Below, in pieces: positions 14,315 to 23,964 of a stretch of DNA of 33,966 bases. The stretch lies in the IMG/VR virus record IMGVR_UViG_3300037601_000028, positions 1 through 33,966 of that record; one strand, 5' to 3'. Each line of letters opens with the position of its first letter. Within the stretch, counting starts at the first letter, position 1. Under the pieces are notes generated by a model. It had not been told where the DNA came from, did not search any database, and worked only from the letters and a program-made list of their open reading frames with translations. This DNA comes from a virus. Taxonomy: Duplodnaviria > Caudoviricetes. Position numbers and translations under genes: made by a program.

Positions 14315-17300
14315 CAGATCACCCCTAGTCCAAAGTCAGCAGCGCGAGGGCGGGCAGCTGGGCCGCCAGTCAGCTCGATCTCGATGCGCATGGTTTCCCC
14401 GGCCAGAGATCCCAGCCGGTGATTTTGCTCGACCCACTCGGGCAGCGGCGAAAGCTCGGTGGCCACAAGCGGCACCGAAACCCACGAACCGCCATCGATC
14501 TGCGCCCGCATGGTCATGGCCGAGCCAGCCGGCAATGCGAGCTTGAGATAGGCCGAGATCCGATCGGCGTTGTCGATCGAGAAAGCCCGCGTCACATAGA
14601 GCGCACTTGTCTCGATCCGTCCGGCCACCACCTGCACCGGCCCGAACAGCATAGGCGAAAGCGTTTCGGTGCCATTAAGGATTGCCCGCACCGAGACCGT
14701 TTCGGTCAGGTACTCGGCAAAGGAAAGCACCTGATAGGGCTGCAGCCGGAAAATCTGGCCGCTCGGCCGCTCGACTTCGAACATCACCGAGCAGGCCGAG
14801 CTGGGCAGATCCGCCACGCCCCGCACCTGCAAATCGCTGCAGTCCACCAGATCGAACGTGCCCAGCTCCACGGTCTTTGTGGTCACCGGATAGCGGGCCG
14901 CCACCAGGCGGAAGGCCAGGGCCTCTTTCTGGTGTGCGGTCCAGGTCAGCGCATTGACCGAGTCCAGGCGCGGCCCGATAGCATATGGATGCACCGTCAC
15001 CACCTGCTGCAGATCGGGATCCAGCCCGCCCAGGGCCGCCACCGAGATCGCGTGCTCGCCATCATCGGTTTTGATCACAAAGGCATGCGCGCGATCGCTG
15101 GGCGTTGTCGCCGGCCAGGCATAGCGCGCCTCGGCCCAGCCCTCGACGGCGCCGGCCATCGGCACCAGGGCTTCGGCCACCATCTGGTTGGTCGGCAGGC
15201 CGGTTTCGACGGCCACCTGATGCACCAGAATGTTGTTGGCCTTATCCCCGATCGCGCACAGGTGGAAATCCACGCCCAGCAGCTGCCGGGTTTCGGGCGG
15301 AATGAAGATCTGCGCCTGCGGATCGCTGGTGTTGCTGCTTTCTTGCGGTGGCGCCGTCCAGGTGTTGATCGTGGTCACGCGGCGCATCACGTCCACTTCA
15401 AGCGTGCCCTGGCCGGTAAAGATCGCCTCGGCCACCGTGCCATCAACCGCACCCACGGCCCGCACCTGCTTGCGGCCGGCCGTGATGTTTGGCGGAATGG
15501 CGAACGTGCCGGCGATTTCGCCATTGCCATCGGCCGGATCCAGCCCGGCCGGCATAACCTCGACCCCGTCAAAGGTCAGGCTGGTCAGGATCTCGCCGGG
15601 GTGGAACCCCTTGAGAACAAACGCCACGTCGCGCTCGCGCAGGAACGGCAGCGCCTCACTACGGCCGGCGCCGGTGTTTTCAAAGCTGGTCGAGATCTGC
15701 GTGAGCGGGCCGCCCCAATTCATCACCCCCCGCTGGAATTCGCGCGTGACATCTGAAGTCCACTCGACCACCGGCACGGTCCAGAAATCTACCGCCGGGG
15801 TCAGCACCAGGGCGCCGGGCAGCGGCGAATAATTCTGATAGGGATTGATCGGCACGCATCCGGTTTTCAGCGTCTGTTCCACGATCACTTCTTCCACCCA
15901 ATCGAGCGTGATCGGCCCGGCCAGGTTGGCATCGTAAATCGTCGGCTCGATCGCCAGCTGCAGGATCCCGCCACCGACAGCCCCATTTTGGGCAATGCCG
16001 GAGTCCCGGTAATTGTCGGACGTGAACGGATCCACGAACATGCCGCGCTTGGCGGCCGGGTCGCGCTGATCGATTTCCTGTTCCAGCCGGTTGAGCTGGA
16101 TCAGCCGATCGTGATCCTCTTGCCGATTGGCCACGCGCCACCATTCCGACCAGGTCGGCATTCGCACGCCGGTATTGACCCGATCGGTCACGATCTCCGG
16201 TTCGGCCATCCAGGTGTTGCGGATCTCGGCCAGCGGCAGCACATCGGCCGGCGGCATCGGGCGAACCGGATTGGTGGCCGAGACGCCTTTGACATAGGCC
16301 GGCGAGCCGCTGGGCAAGAGGCCAAGAATATCGATGCGCGGCAGCTTGTAGGTATAGGCAATGATCACGTCACCGCCGGCGGCGCCACCGGAAACCGTGA
16401 ACGTTTCATCGGTGAAGTCATCGGCCGCCACGCTGTCCCGATACCGGAAGGTGACCGAATAGGTGGCACCCGTTGCCGGCTCGGCGCCGGCCAGGCCCCA
16501 ATCAACCCCGTCGCCGGTGCGCTGATAGTCAACGCCCTGCGTATAGCCGGGAATGTCCACGATCGACACCACCGAGCTTTCGGGCAGCCCGTCAATGCCA
16601 TCGGCGACGGCGCCGCGCGTCACATTCACGGTCCGCTCTTTGGTCAAAAGAATGGTCGTGATGGCGTCGAGCGGCGCACGCGCCAGCGTGAAAGTCTCGC
16701 TCGGGTCGCCGGCATAAACATGGGTTTCGCCCGGCACCGCCGCCACGTCCCAGATTTCCGGTTCCATATGGCGCAAGGATGCTTCGCGCACCACCTTGCG
16801 GCCCGAAATATTCGCCTCGCCTTCCTCGATCGAGAAAATGCGAGCGCCGGCGTTCAATCCCAGGGTCGACACGCGGCAGCCGCTGACGATGTAGTGCCCA
16901 TGCGGGCGATCATAGAGCGCCAGGGCCTGCATGACGCCATCAAGCGCCGGCGGCGGCGTCTGATCGAGAATAGTGCCATCCTGCAGCAAATAGACCTGGT
17001 GGAACTGGCCTGGCGCGTCCACGTCGCCACGCGCCCAGGACACCGTCGCCACTTCGCGGGCGGCCGGATTGCCATCGCCTTCGGCCTTGGATCCGGGCAC
17101 CAGCCCGCGCAGGGTCGGATCATCATCGCCGGTCACATAATCGACCACCAGGCGCACCCCGATCGAAACGCGGCCGGTCATGGGCACATCGGCCAGCGTG
17201 GCGGCAGCAACCGGGAACACATCGCCGGCCACAACGATCTTGCCGTCGGTCAGGGTCACGGTTCCGGCGTCTTGGTCCACCACGGCCGCCGCGCCTTCGA

Positions 17301-17487
17301 ACCGATCGCCATCCTGCGCGATCAGCTGCCCCATGCGCTTGCCGCGATTGCGAATGATGGATTGCAGATCGTTCAGCTCGCGCGCCTGGATATACGGGCG
17401 CTTGCCGTGGAACACGACGCCCTGCAGATCCTGGCGCTGCCCCACGCTGTCAAAAGCCTGCGGGAGTCCGCTGGGATGCTCGAACAT
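14314..17487 (-). CDS. Large baseplate/fibre-attachment protein (DUF4815-like)
   Basis: 1057 aa; QARELNDLQSI, YKLPRID, GMFVDPF…DSG, PINPY motifs. Confidence 0.85.
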   Translation of the reverse strand: MFEHPSGLPQAFDSVGQRQDLQGVVFHGKRPYIQARELNDLQSIIRNRGKRMGQLIAQDGDRFEGAAAVVDQDAGTVTLTDGKIVVAGDVFPVAAATLADVPMTGRVSIGVRLVVDYVTGDDDPTLRGLVPGSKAEGDGNPAAREVATVSWARGDVDAPGQFHQVYLLQDGTILDQTPPPALDGVMQALALYDRPHGHYIVSGCRVSTLGLNAGARIFSIEEGEANISGRKVVREASLRHMEPEIWDVAAVPGETHVYAGDPSETFTLARAPLDAITTILLTKERTVNVTRGAVADGIDGLPESSVVSIVDIPGYTQGVDYQRTGDGVDWGLAGAEPATGATYSVTFRYRDSVAADDFTDETFTVSGGAAGGDVIIAYTYKLPRIDILGLLPSGSPAYVKGVSATNPVRPMPPADVLPLAEIRNTWMAEPEIVTDRVNTGVRMPTWSEWWRVANRQEDHDRLIQLNRLEQEIDQRDPAAKRGMFVDPFTSDNYRDSGIAQNGAVGGGILQLAIEPTIYDANLAGPITLDWVEEVIVEQTLKTGCVPINPYQNYSPLPGALVLTPAVDFWTVPVVEWTSDVTREFQRGVMNWGGPLTQISTSFENTGAGRSEALPFLRERDVAFVLKGFHPGEILTSLTFDGVEVMPAGLDPADGNGEIAGTFAIPPNITAGRKQVRAVGAVDGTVAEAIFTGQGTLEVDVMRRVTTINTWTAPPQESSNTSDPQAQIFIPPETRQLLGVDFHLCAIGDKANNILVHQVAVETGLPTNQMVAEALVPMAGAVEGWAEARYAWPATTPSDRAHAFVIKTDDGEHAISVAALGGLDPDLQQVVTVHPYAIGPRLDSVNALTWTAHQKEALAFRLVAARYPVTTKTVELGTFDLVDCSDLQVRGVADLPSSACSVMFEVERPSGQIFRLQPYQVLSFAEYLTETVSVRAILNGTETLSPMLFGPVQVVAGRIETSALYVTRAFSIDNADRISAYLKLALPAGSAMTMRAQIDGGSWVSVPLVATELSPLPEWVEQNHRLGSLAGETMRIEIELTGGPAARPRAADFGLGVI

Positions 17488-17488
17488 T

Positions 17489-18604
17489 TCAGAACCTCAT
17501 CAAAAACTTGATCTGCTCGCGCACTGTCTGGCGCAGCGGAATGGAAACCAACTGGCTGGCGATCGCTTCGCCGCCCACCAGCTCGCCCGGATCCAGCCAG
17601 AGCCGGCCGGGCTTGACCCCGGCCGCCAGCTCGGCGCCGGCAACCAGGGCGATGCCGGCGCAGGTGACCCCGTCCGCATCTTCGAATTCTGTCATGGCCT
17701 CGACATAGAGCAGCTGCCCGCCATTGACCGGCTCATAGGTGGCACCCTCGATCGCATAGACGCCCTCTAGCTGCTGCTGCACGGCATGGACGGCCCGGCA
17801 GCGCCGGAACCCGATCACCGTGCCGCCCTCGGCCTCAAGGCGCAGCCAGAGCGGCTTGCCCACAAACCAGCCGGCCATGACCGAGCGGCGCAAGGCGGCC
17901 GGGCTATCTGCCCATTTGTATTGCGCATCGACCCAGGGCACGGTCAGCCCCACCCACTTGATGCCGCCGCCCTCGACCGGCGCGATCCAGTTGCCGATCG
18001 CCAGCCCCTCGGCCTCGGTCAGCGTATGGCTGAATTCATGCACTCGGCCGAATGACCACAGCGTGCCCGCCTGCGTCACCGCGATGCCGCTTTCAAAGTC
18101 GAGATAGCTATCATCGAGCTGCGTATGGTCGGCCTGCGCCGCGTCCACATCGAATTGATGGACGCCCCGGCGCAGCTGGGAACGCTTGGGCACCGAAAGC
18201 GCCGTGATCCCCTCGATCTGCTCAAGATCCGGGCTGTCCTTTTCTGGCAGCTCGGGAAACCGCAGCTGGAAACTGTTCCACCAGGTGCGGCCGGTCCATT
18301 CTTCCGCGATCGTGGCGGCATAGCCGATCCAGGCGAGGCCAATGGCCACAGCGCTGACCGTGCCGCGCAGGCGCTGCCAACGCACGCCCTGGTCGATCAG
18401 GTCATAAAGATTGGGCACGTACGGGGTCAGCTCGCCCAACCCATATTCCCAGACCAAAAACGGCAGCATCGACGGGCGAGGCGAAACATACTTCACCCGC
18501 CGCATGGCATTGATGGCCGAATCCGCCACCGCCGAAACCGGCATGGCGTCGGCAACCGCCTTTTCCCATGGTGTGGCATTGGTCGGCAGCAGATCTGCGC
18601 TCAT
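17489..18604 (-). CDS. Baseplate protein I (P2 gpI-like) with C-terminal extension
   Basis: DLLPTNATPWEKA, LPFLVWEYGL, RGTVSAV…L. Confidence 0.88.
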   Translation of the reverse strand: MSADLLPTNATPWEKAVADAMPVSAVADSAINAMRRVKYVSPRPSMLPFLVWEYGLGELTPYVPNLYDLIDQGVRWQRLRGTVSAVAIGLAWIGYAATIAEEWTGRTWWNSFQLRFPELPEKDSPDLEQIEGITALSVPKRSQLRRGVHQFDVDAAQADHTQLDDSYLDFESGIAVTQAGTLWSFGRVHEFSHTLTEAEGLAIGNWIAPVEGGGIKWVGLTVPWVDAQYKWADSPAALRRSVMAGWFVGKPLWLRLEAEGGTVIGFRRCRAVHAVQQQLEGVYAIEGATYEPVNGGQLLYVEAMTEFEDADGVTCAGIALVAGAELAAGVKPGRLWLDPGELVGGEAIASQLVSIPLRQTVREQIKFLMRF

Positions 18605-19467
18605 TAGTAGGCCCGGCCCATCTTGGTTAGCGTGACCGTGCCGAGCGCAGCGGCCCGGTTGAACGGCACATCAATGTCAGTTGTTGGCGCCACCAGCTCG
18701 ACCCGCTGCACGCCATCGATCTGCAGCTGCGCCAGAAGCCAGGACAAGGTCAGATCCCGGCCCAGCAGCATGTCGCGCGCCCAGGCTTCACGCAGCCCGG
18801 TTTCCATCTGCGCCAGGACGCTTTCAGGCGCCGAGGGCAACAGCCAGACATTGGCCGCGATATCGGTCACCTGCTGGGCGGCCGATGCCACCACGATCGC
18901 GTCATTGACCATGCGGACCTCGGGCGCCTGCAGCGCCGTATCCACCTTGGCCAAGAGCGCCGCGCCAGCCACCCCGGCGTTATCGGTCGAGAACACCGCC
19001 ACGTTGATCGTGGGATCCCGGCCAACCGTGTAAACGGCCGCATCTGCCACCCGCACATCGGCGCCCAGGGCTATCGAGCGATAGCGCGCCTCGGTGCCCC
19101 CGGTCGATCGCCCCTGGATCGCCAGCACCACGCGGCGCTTGAGTGCGTCGTCAGTCTCGCCCACCAGGCGAGCCACGTCATACCACTGCGCCAGCACGTC
19201 CAGATCGCCGCCGGTGGCATAGGCCAGAAACCAAGATCGGATCGCCTCATTTACCCGCTGGCGCAGCAGCACGTCCTGATAGGCCGAAACCTGCAGCAGC
19301 ACCTGCGCCGGGTCGGTTTCCAGATCCTCGACATCGTAAGAGATCCCGGCATCGGCAAAGATCTGCACCAGCTTGGCCTGCAGATCCGAATACCGCGCGG
19401 CATAGGCAACCACCTCGACCAGCGCGGGCGCCGGCAGATCGGCCAACTCGGCCGGTAGTTCAGACAT
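18604..19467 (-). CDS. Baseplate J / gp47 protein
   Basis: LRQRVNEA…LAYATGGDLD…ETDDALKRR…STGGTEARY; ATG at 19467. Confidence 0.92.
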   Translation of the reverse strand: MSELPAELADLPAPALVEVVAYAARYSDLQAKLVQIFADAGISYDVEDLETDPAQVLLQVSAYQDVLLRQRVNEAIRSWFLAYATGGDLDVLAQWYDVARLVGETDDALKRRVVLAIQGRSTGGTEARYRSIALGADVRVADAAVYTVGRDPTINVAVFSTDNAGVAGAALLAKVDTALQAPEVRMVNDAIVVASAAQQVTDIAANVWLLPSAPESVLAQMETGLREAWARDMLLGRDLTLSWLLAQLQIDGVQRVELVAPTTDIDVPFNRAAALGTVTLTKMGRAY

Positions 19468-19478
19468 TGAGGAAACCC

Positions 19479-19868
19479 CTATTTGATGGTGACCACCGGC
19501 CCCAGATTGATTGTGAAGCTGCGCACGCCTTCCACGGTCAGATCGCCAAGATGCGCGCGCGGGCGCCAATCGACTTCAACCCGGATCCCGGCCGAGCCGA
19601 GCGCCAGGGCGTTGGCGCTGCCCGAGACATAGACGCCACGAACCCGAAAGCGCGGTTCCCAGAGATCGATCCCCACCGCCACCAGCAGCTGCCAGGCGGC
19701 GAACAGGGCGGGCGTTGTGGCACGCCCCAGCAGCTCGGCCAGGCCGGCGCCGAAGTGCCGGCGCATGACCCGCTCGCCCAAGCGCGTGGTGAAAATGACT
19801 TCGACCGCCTGCAGCGCGCTTTCGAAATTGCCGATCAGCTTTCCAGTGTGCCGATCGATACCGGTCAT
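19479..19868 (-). CDS. Baseplate wedge W / gp25 family
   Basis: GIDRHTGK…IFTTRLGERVMRRHFG…WEPRF. Confidence 0.92.
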   Translation of the reverse strand: MTGIDRHTGKLIGNFESALQAVEVIFTTRLGERVMRRHFGAGLAELLGRATTPALFAAWQLLVAVGIDLWEPRFRVRGVYVSGSANALALGSAGIRVEVDWRPRAHLGDLTVEGVRSFTINLGPVVTIK

Positions 19869-20089
19869 TTCGGCTGCCCGCGTCGGCGCCGGCGCGGTGC
19901 CGGCGGATCCTGCTCGGCCGCCAGAACCTCGGCTGCGCTAGGCGACGGATCGGCCGCCTCGGGCGAGATCCGGCCATGAGCCAGGTCATAGCGTGCCTCG
20001 GCCTCGGTCAGCATCACCACGCCCGAGCTGGGCACAGCGGCGCCGTTGACGGTCGCCACGCCGGGCGCCGCCTTGAATGGCTTTTTCAT
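19865..20089 (-). CDS. Small hypothetical phage protein
   Basis: 74 aa, coupled to W by an ATGA overlap. Confidence 0.7.
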   Translation of the reverse strand: MKKPFKAAPGVATVNGAAVPSSGVVMLTEAEARYDLAHGRISPEAADPSPSAAEVLAAEQDPPAPRRRRRGQPK

Positions 20090-20104
20090 GTTCGCTTCCT
20101 TTCC

Positions 20105-20650
20105 CTAAAGGGCCTTAGTGCGCGTGGCGGCCGTCACGATCGGCCAGCGGCCAGCCGATGATCCGCTGGCCACTTCCACCAGGTCACCGAGGCGCGCCAC
20201 CGGCCGCCCGCCTTCGCCGCCCAGCTGCACATCGGGCGAATTGACCACCACGGTGCCAGGCGCATCGATCGTCACCGCACCGCCCTCGGCCACGGTGATG
20301 GTCACCCCGCCAAAGGCAAAGACGTTTTCGCCCAGGCTTTGGCTGGGCGGCGGGTTGGCATCGGAAAAACCGCCGCGCAGCAAGATGCCCTGGCGCGGAT
20401 CACCACCCGGATTGATCATGCCCACGATCTGGCCTTTGGACAGCGGCGCCCAGGTCTTGGTGGCGCCACCCGACTCGGGGTGTGGATACCAGGGCGAAAG
20501 GTATGGCTCGCCGCCTTCACCTTCCCCCAGCTTGATGCGAAAGCCCCGTTCGGGATCCACCACCGCGACCGGGCCGACCTTGATGCCGCGCCCGAACATG
20601 GATTTCAGCTGCTCAACATCGGCGCGCAGCGAAACGAATTCACGGATCAT
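20105..20650 (-). CDS. Baseplate central spike (gpV-like) with a PAAR-like C-terminal motif
   Basis: SPWYP…TWAPLSKGQIV…PGGDPRQG OB-fold pattern; ends GRPVARLGDLV…IVTAA. Confidence 0.85.
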   Translation of the reverse strand: MIREFVSLRADVEQLKSMFGRGIKVGPVAVVDPERGFRIKLGEGEGGEPYLSPWYPHPESGGATKTWAPLSKGQIVGMINPGGDPRQGILLRGGFSDANPPPSQSLGENVFAFGGVTITVAEGGAVTIDAPGTVVVNSPDVQLGGEGGRPVARLGDLVEVASGSSAGRWPIVTAATRTKAL

Positions 20651-21426
20651 CGATCGCGCTCCACGCTGACTTGGCTGATCACCGGATCCTCGCCGGCCGG
20701 CACGAACGCATGCGACCCGGCGCCGATCGCCTCGGCGTCGGCATCAGCCCAGCCCATCAGCTTGCGCACGGCGGTGTAATCGAGCGCAGCGCCCGCCAGG
20801 GCCTGCTCGATCGTTTCGCGCAGCTTGACCAGCTCGGGTCGCCCCGATGCCGCCAGCGCCGTCAGGAAACGCTCGAATGGAGTGCCGGCAAGATCCTGGC
20901 CGGGCAGCGGATCCTGCACCAGCTGGCCGGTCAGGCGCAGCTCATGGCCGGCAATGCGCACCCCGTTGGATTTGCCGCCGATGCGCGCCCGGTCAATCCG
21001 GCTGATCCCGCTGATGAACGATCGCGCCAGCTCGGCCCAGATTTCGCCCGAGGCAGTCAGCGCATGCGCCACCTGGTGCATGATCAGATCCAGCGTGAAT
21101 TCCATGCCGGCATCGGTATCGGGCAGGCCCGAGGCCAATTGCATCACTCCGGTTTCGGGATCCTGCACGCCCATGCTTGAAGCAATGCCCGCCTCGATCA
21201 CCAGCTGCACGCTGGACTGCCCCAAAAGCTCGATCCCGCCACCGGCCGCGATCTGGCCTTCCTCGGTATAGACCGAGACGAACGGCCGTTCCTGCTCGGT
21301 GCGCAGATGGCCATCGGCATCGAGATCGAGCGCCGAAAACTGGCTATCGAGAACGTTGGCACCCACGGCCGTGCGGCCGCGCAGCGCCTCTTGCACACAA
21401 ACGCGCAGTGCAATGCGTGACAGCAT
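20647..21426 (-). CDS. Putative tail terminator/neck protein
   Basis: GRTAVGANVLDS…PFVSVYTE pattern; lies between head-tail genes and the spike. Confidence 0.6.
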   Translation of the reverse strand: MLSRIALRVCVQEALRGRTAVGANVLDSQFSALDLDADGHLRTEQERPFVSVYTEEGQIAAGGGIELLGQSSVQLVIEAGIASSMGVQDPETGVMQLASGLPDTDAGMEFTLDLIMHQVAHALTASGEIWAELARSFISGISRIDRARIGGKSNGVRIAGHELRLTGQLVQDPLPGQDLAGTPFERFLTALAASGRPELVKLRETIEQALAGAALDYTAVRKLMGWADADAEAIGAGSHAFVPAGEDPVISQVSVERDR

Positions 21427-21443
21427 CGAAAAAACCTCAAGAG

Positions 21444-21806
21444 CTAAATGATTGTCGCCACGATCTGGCTCGCCGCGCGATCGTCCACATCGGTGACTTC
21501 GAACCAGGGCTGCCCCGGCCGGGCATCGGCCCGCACCTTGTCGCCCTGGCGCAGCTCGGGCGCCCCGGCCGAGCGCTGCAGGATCACCAGCCCGGCGCCG
21601 GCGACGATCGCCGCGCTCAAAGCGGAATTGCCGCGCCCCAGGCTGATTTCAGCTTCGCCCGGCAGATGGAGCTGCGCCCGCGTGTCCAGTGCTGGACGCT
21701 CGGGATCCACAGCCCCACCCACCAGGAAAGACAGGCGAACCGGCTCGCCAAAAGCACGGTCGGCCGCCCTGGTCGCCATGCCCGTTAGCTTGTGCCAGTC
21801 CATCAT
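21444..21806 (-). CDS. Putative head closure / head-tail joining protein
   Basis: Position, size and beta-rich LRQGDKV…FEVTDVDD pattern. Confidence 0.6.
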   Translation of the reverse strand: MMDWHKLTGMATRAADRAFGEPVRLSFLVGGAVDPERPALDTRAQLHLPGEAEISLGRGNSALSAAIVAGAGLVILQRSAGAPELRQGDKVRADARPGQPWFEVTDVDDRAASQIVATII

Positions 21807-21809
21807 GAC

Positions 21810-22139
21810 TTAGGCGCTCAACCGCACGCTGCCGACAGTGTCGCCCGATGCGGCCGCCACAGCGGCATGGCCGATCTGCTTATTGGCGCCGCCACCGTCT
21901 GCAGTGGTGCAATTCTTGGCGGCAGCGTCCCAATAGAGCGTGGCGCCTTGCGCCCAGGCGGCGCCCGTCGCCTTGTCCAGCTCATAAGTGCCCGAAAGCA
22001 TCACCACCACCGGCACATTGGTGGCCACGGTTGCGGCCGGGATGCCGACCAGGTCGCCAACAACGATTGGCACGCCGGCAGTCTTGGCGCCGGCGGTAGT
22101 CACGACAATGGATTTGCCGCTATCGACAAAGTTTTTCAT
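21810..22139 (-). CDS. DUF2190 capsid decoration/cement protein
   Basis: MKNFVDSG…G.YELDK…WAQGATLYWD…VRL. Confidence 0.9.
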   Translation of the reverse strand: MKNFVDSGKSIVVTTAGAKTAGVPIVVGDLVGIPAATVATNVPVVVMLSGTYELDKATGAAWAQGATLYWDAAAKNCTTADGGGANKQIGHAAVAAASGDTVGSVRLSA

Positions 22140-22167
22140 TTCTCGATCCCCTTGGATCTGTGAATTT

Positions 22168-22209
22168 GCAAAAGGTGGAGGCCGCCGCGCACATCAGAGC
22201 GCGCGGCGG
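22168..22209 (-). terminator. Stem-loop / possible terminator after the capsid gene
   Basis: CCGCCGCGCGC-loop-GTGCGCGGCGG followed after a few nt by TTTT. Confidence 0.45.
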
Positions 22210-22229
22210 TCAATCAGGATCCGGCGCCC

Positions 22230-23885
22230 TTACTGGCCGGGGTTTTTGTGGGCGAAGCGGTGATCGACCGCGCCGGCGCCGAAGTCGTGTTCAACCGACA
22301 TGGCAAAACCCTGCGTGCCGAAAGGTTCATCCATGCGCACGCGCGGCGCCTCGTAACCATCGAGATAACCCCAGCGCCAATTGCTGCCGCGTGCCGGATC
22401 CCCGAGCAGGGTCCAGCTCTTATCGGTAATCTGCGCGGTTTCGATCGGGGTCAGCTTGCCCGAGAACGGGTTGACCGCCGAGGCCGAGGCCGGCGTGACC
22501 GAGGCCACCAGCTTTTCCGCCTCGGTGGACATATCCGGGCCGGTCAAGATGAACTTGGGCGTATTGCCCAGGAGCGCATTGCCATCGATCGACTTCTGTT
22601 TGCCCATGGCTGCGCGAGCCTTGCCGACATTGTCCACATCGATCGCGGTGCCGGCGGCGGTCAGGTTGGCGTGATCGGTGTGGAACACGGTCTTGCCGTC
22701 TGCCAGTTTGCCGTTGAAGGCGTCGGCGTAGAACGTCAATTCCTCAAACAGCGCGACGGTCGAGCCGTAGCTGGCCAGCAGCTCGGCAATGGCGCCCAGA
22801 TCATCATTGATCAGCATATGCCGGCTGATGCGCAGCTGCCGGCCATAGCTCATGACGCTGATGGTTTCCTTGCCATCGGTGAAGGTGCCCGCCTTGATCT
22901 CGCCATTCTCAAGAATGGGCTTGAGCATCGGGAAATCACCGATCTTGACCGAGGTATGCGGCCGGAAATCGCGGAAGTCACGGCGCCGGGCGAATGCCTT
23001 GAACGTAGGCTGCGCCAGGGCATATTGCCCCTCAAGCGAGCGGTTCAAAGCGTTCTCAAAGATCGCCGGGAAATCGGACGTGGCATGCGAGGCGCGCACC
23101 AGAATGTCATCAATGCTGCGCGCATTGAGGATCCGCCCGGCACGGTAGTTGATGCGCTCGGCTGCCAAGTCGATCAGGCCGCGCCCCATGAACTGGCGGG
23201 CGCCATCGGACGGACCAGCCTCAGGCATCGGCGCACCCATGCCATAGGCCAGGGCTTCGGTCATGGCCGAGCGGGTCTTTTCGCCGGCTTCCTCGCCAAC
23301 CTGCGCCCGCGCAGTGCCGCTAACCGCAGGCTGGTTTTCCAGCATCTGATCGAACAGCTGGGCGCGGAAGGCGTCAACGCTCACCCCTTCGGTGATCGCC
23401 GCCTGCGCCAGCTCGGGCTGACCGGCCCGCACCGCCAGGTCATGGATCGCCGCAGCGCGCTCGCGCTCAACCTCGGTTCCATTATTGGGCTGGCGATCGG
23501 TGTTGTCGTCGGCCGGATCGTCCTCGGCCTCGCGCTGCTCGATCTTGAGCTTGAGGCCGCGGATCTTGGTCTGCAGCGAGCGATGCTTGTCCTCGATCTC
23601 TCGGATCGCTTCATCGCCCAGATCCTCGGTGATCTGGTTCACCAACTCGTCGGCCTGGCGCGTGAGATCGGTCAGCTCGGTGCGCATGGCAGCCAGAGCA
23701 ACCGGGCCGGCCATATGCAGCTCAAGGCCAGCAGCCTGGCCCAGCAGGCCGCCCAGAACGTCATTGCCGGCCACAACGTGGCGCACGGTTTCGCCCAGCA
23801 TATCCAGGCCGGGCAGAGAGAATGCTGCAGATACAGCGACGACGGCCAGCGCAAGCGCCACCGCCAAGAAACCCTTGGTTTTCAT
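22230..23885 (-). CDS. Major capsid protein (HK97 fold, Mu gpT-like) with N-terminal scaffold region
   Basis: HATSDFP, DFRP, ENGEIK, YGRQLRISRHMLINDDLGA, HDFGAGAVD; ATG at 23885 with GGAGA RBS, 551 aa. Confidence 0.92.
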   Translation of the reverse strand: MKTKGFLAVALALAVVAVSAAFSLPGLDMLGETVRHVVAGNDVLGGLLGQAAGLELHMAGPVALAAMRTELTDLTRQADELVNQITEDLGDEAIREIEDKHRSLQTKIRGLKLKIEQREAEDDPADDNTDRQPNNGTEVERERAAAIHDLAVRAGQPELAQAAITEGVSVDAFRAQLFDQMLENQPAVSGTARAQVGEEAGEKTRSAMTEALAYGMGAPMPEAGPSDGARQFMGRGLIDLAAERINYRAGRILNARSIDDILVRASHATSDFPAIFENALNRSLEGQYALAQPTFKAFARRRDFRDFRPHTSVKIGDFPMLKPILENGEIKAGTFTDGKETISVMSYGRQLRISRHMLINDDLGAIAELLASYGSTVALFEELTFYADAFNGKLADGKTVFHTDHANLTAAGTAIDVDNVGKARAAMGKQKSIDGNALLGNTPKFILTGPDMSTEAEKLVASVTPASASAVNPFSGKLTPIETAQITDKSWTLLGDPARGSNWRWGYLDGYEAPRVRMDEPFGTQGFAMSVEHDFGAGAVDHRFAHKNPGQ

Positions 23886-23964
23886 GTCCAAGTCTCCATT
23901 GAGGGTTAAGTCGGGGGCAAAGGACCGCGATCCTGCGGCCCCCCAGGCGCAGGCGGTAAGACTG

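Noticed and set aside
9626-20650. Tailocin, eCIS, T6SS or gene transfer agent
   Set aside because: Head, cos-type terminase, replication genes and an att site are present; the lambda-type portal plus contractile tail do not fit RcGTA
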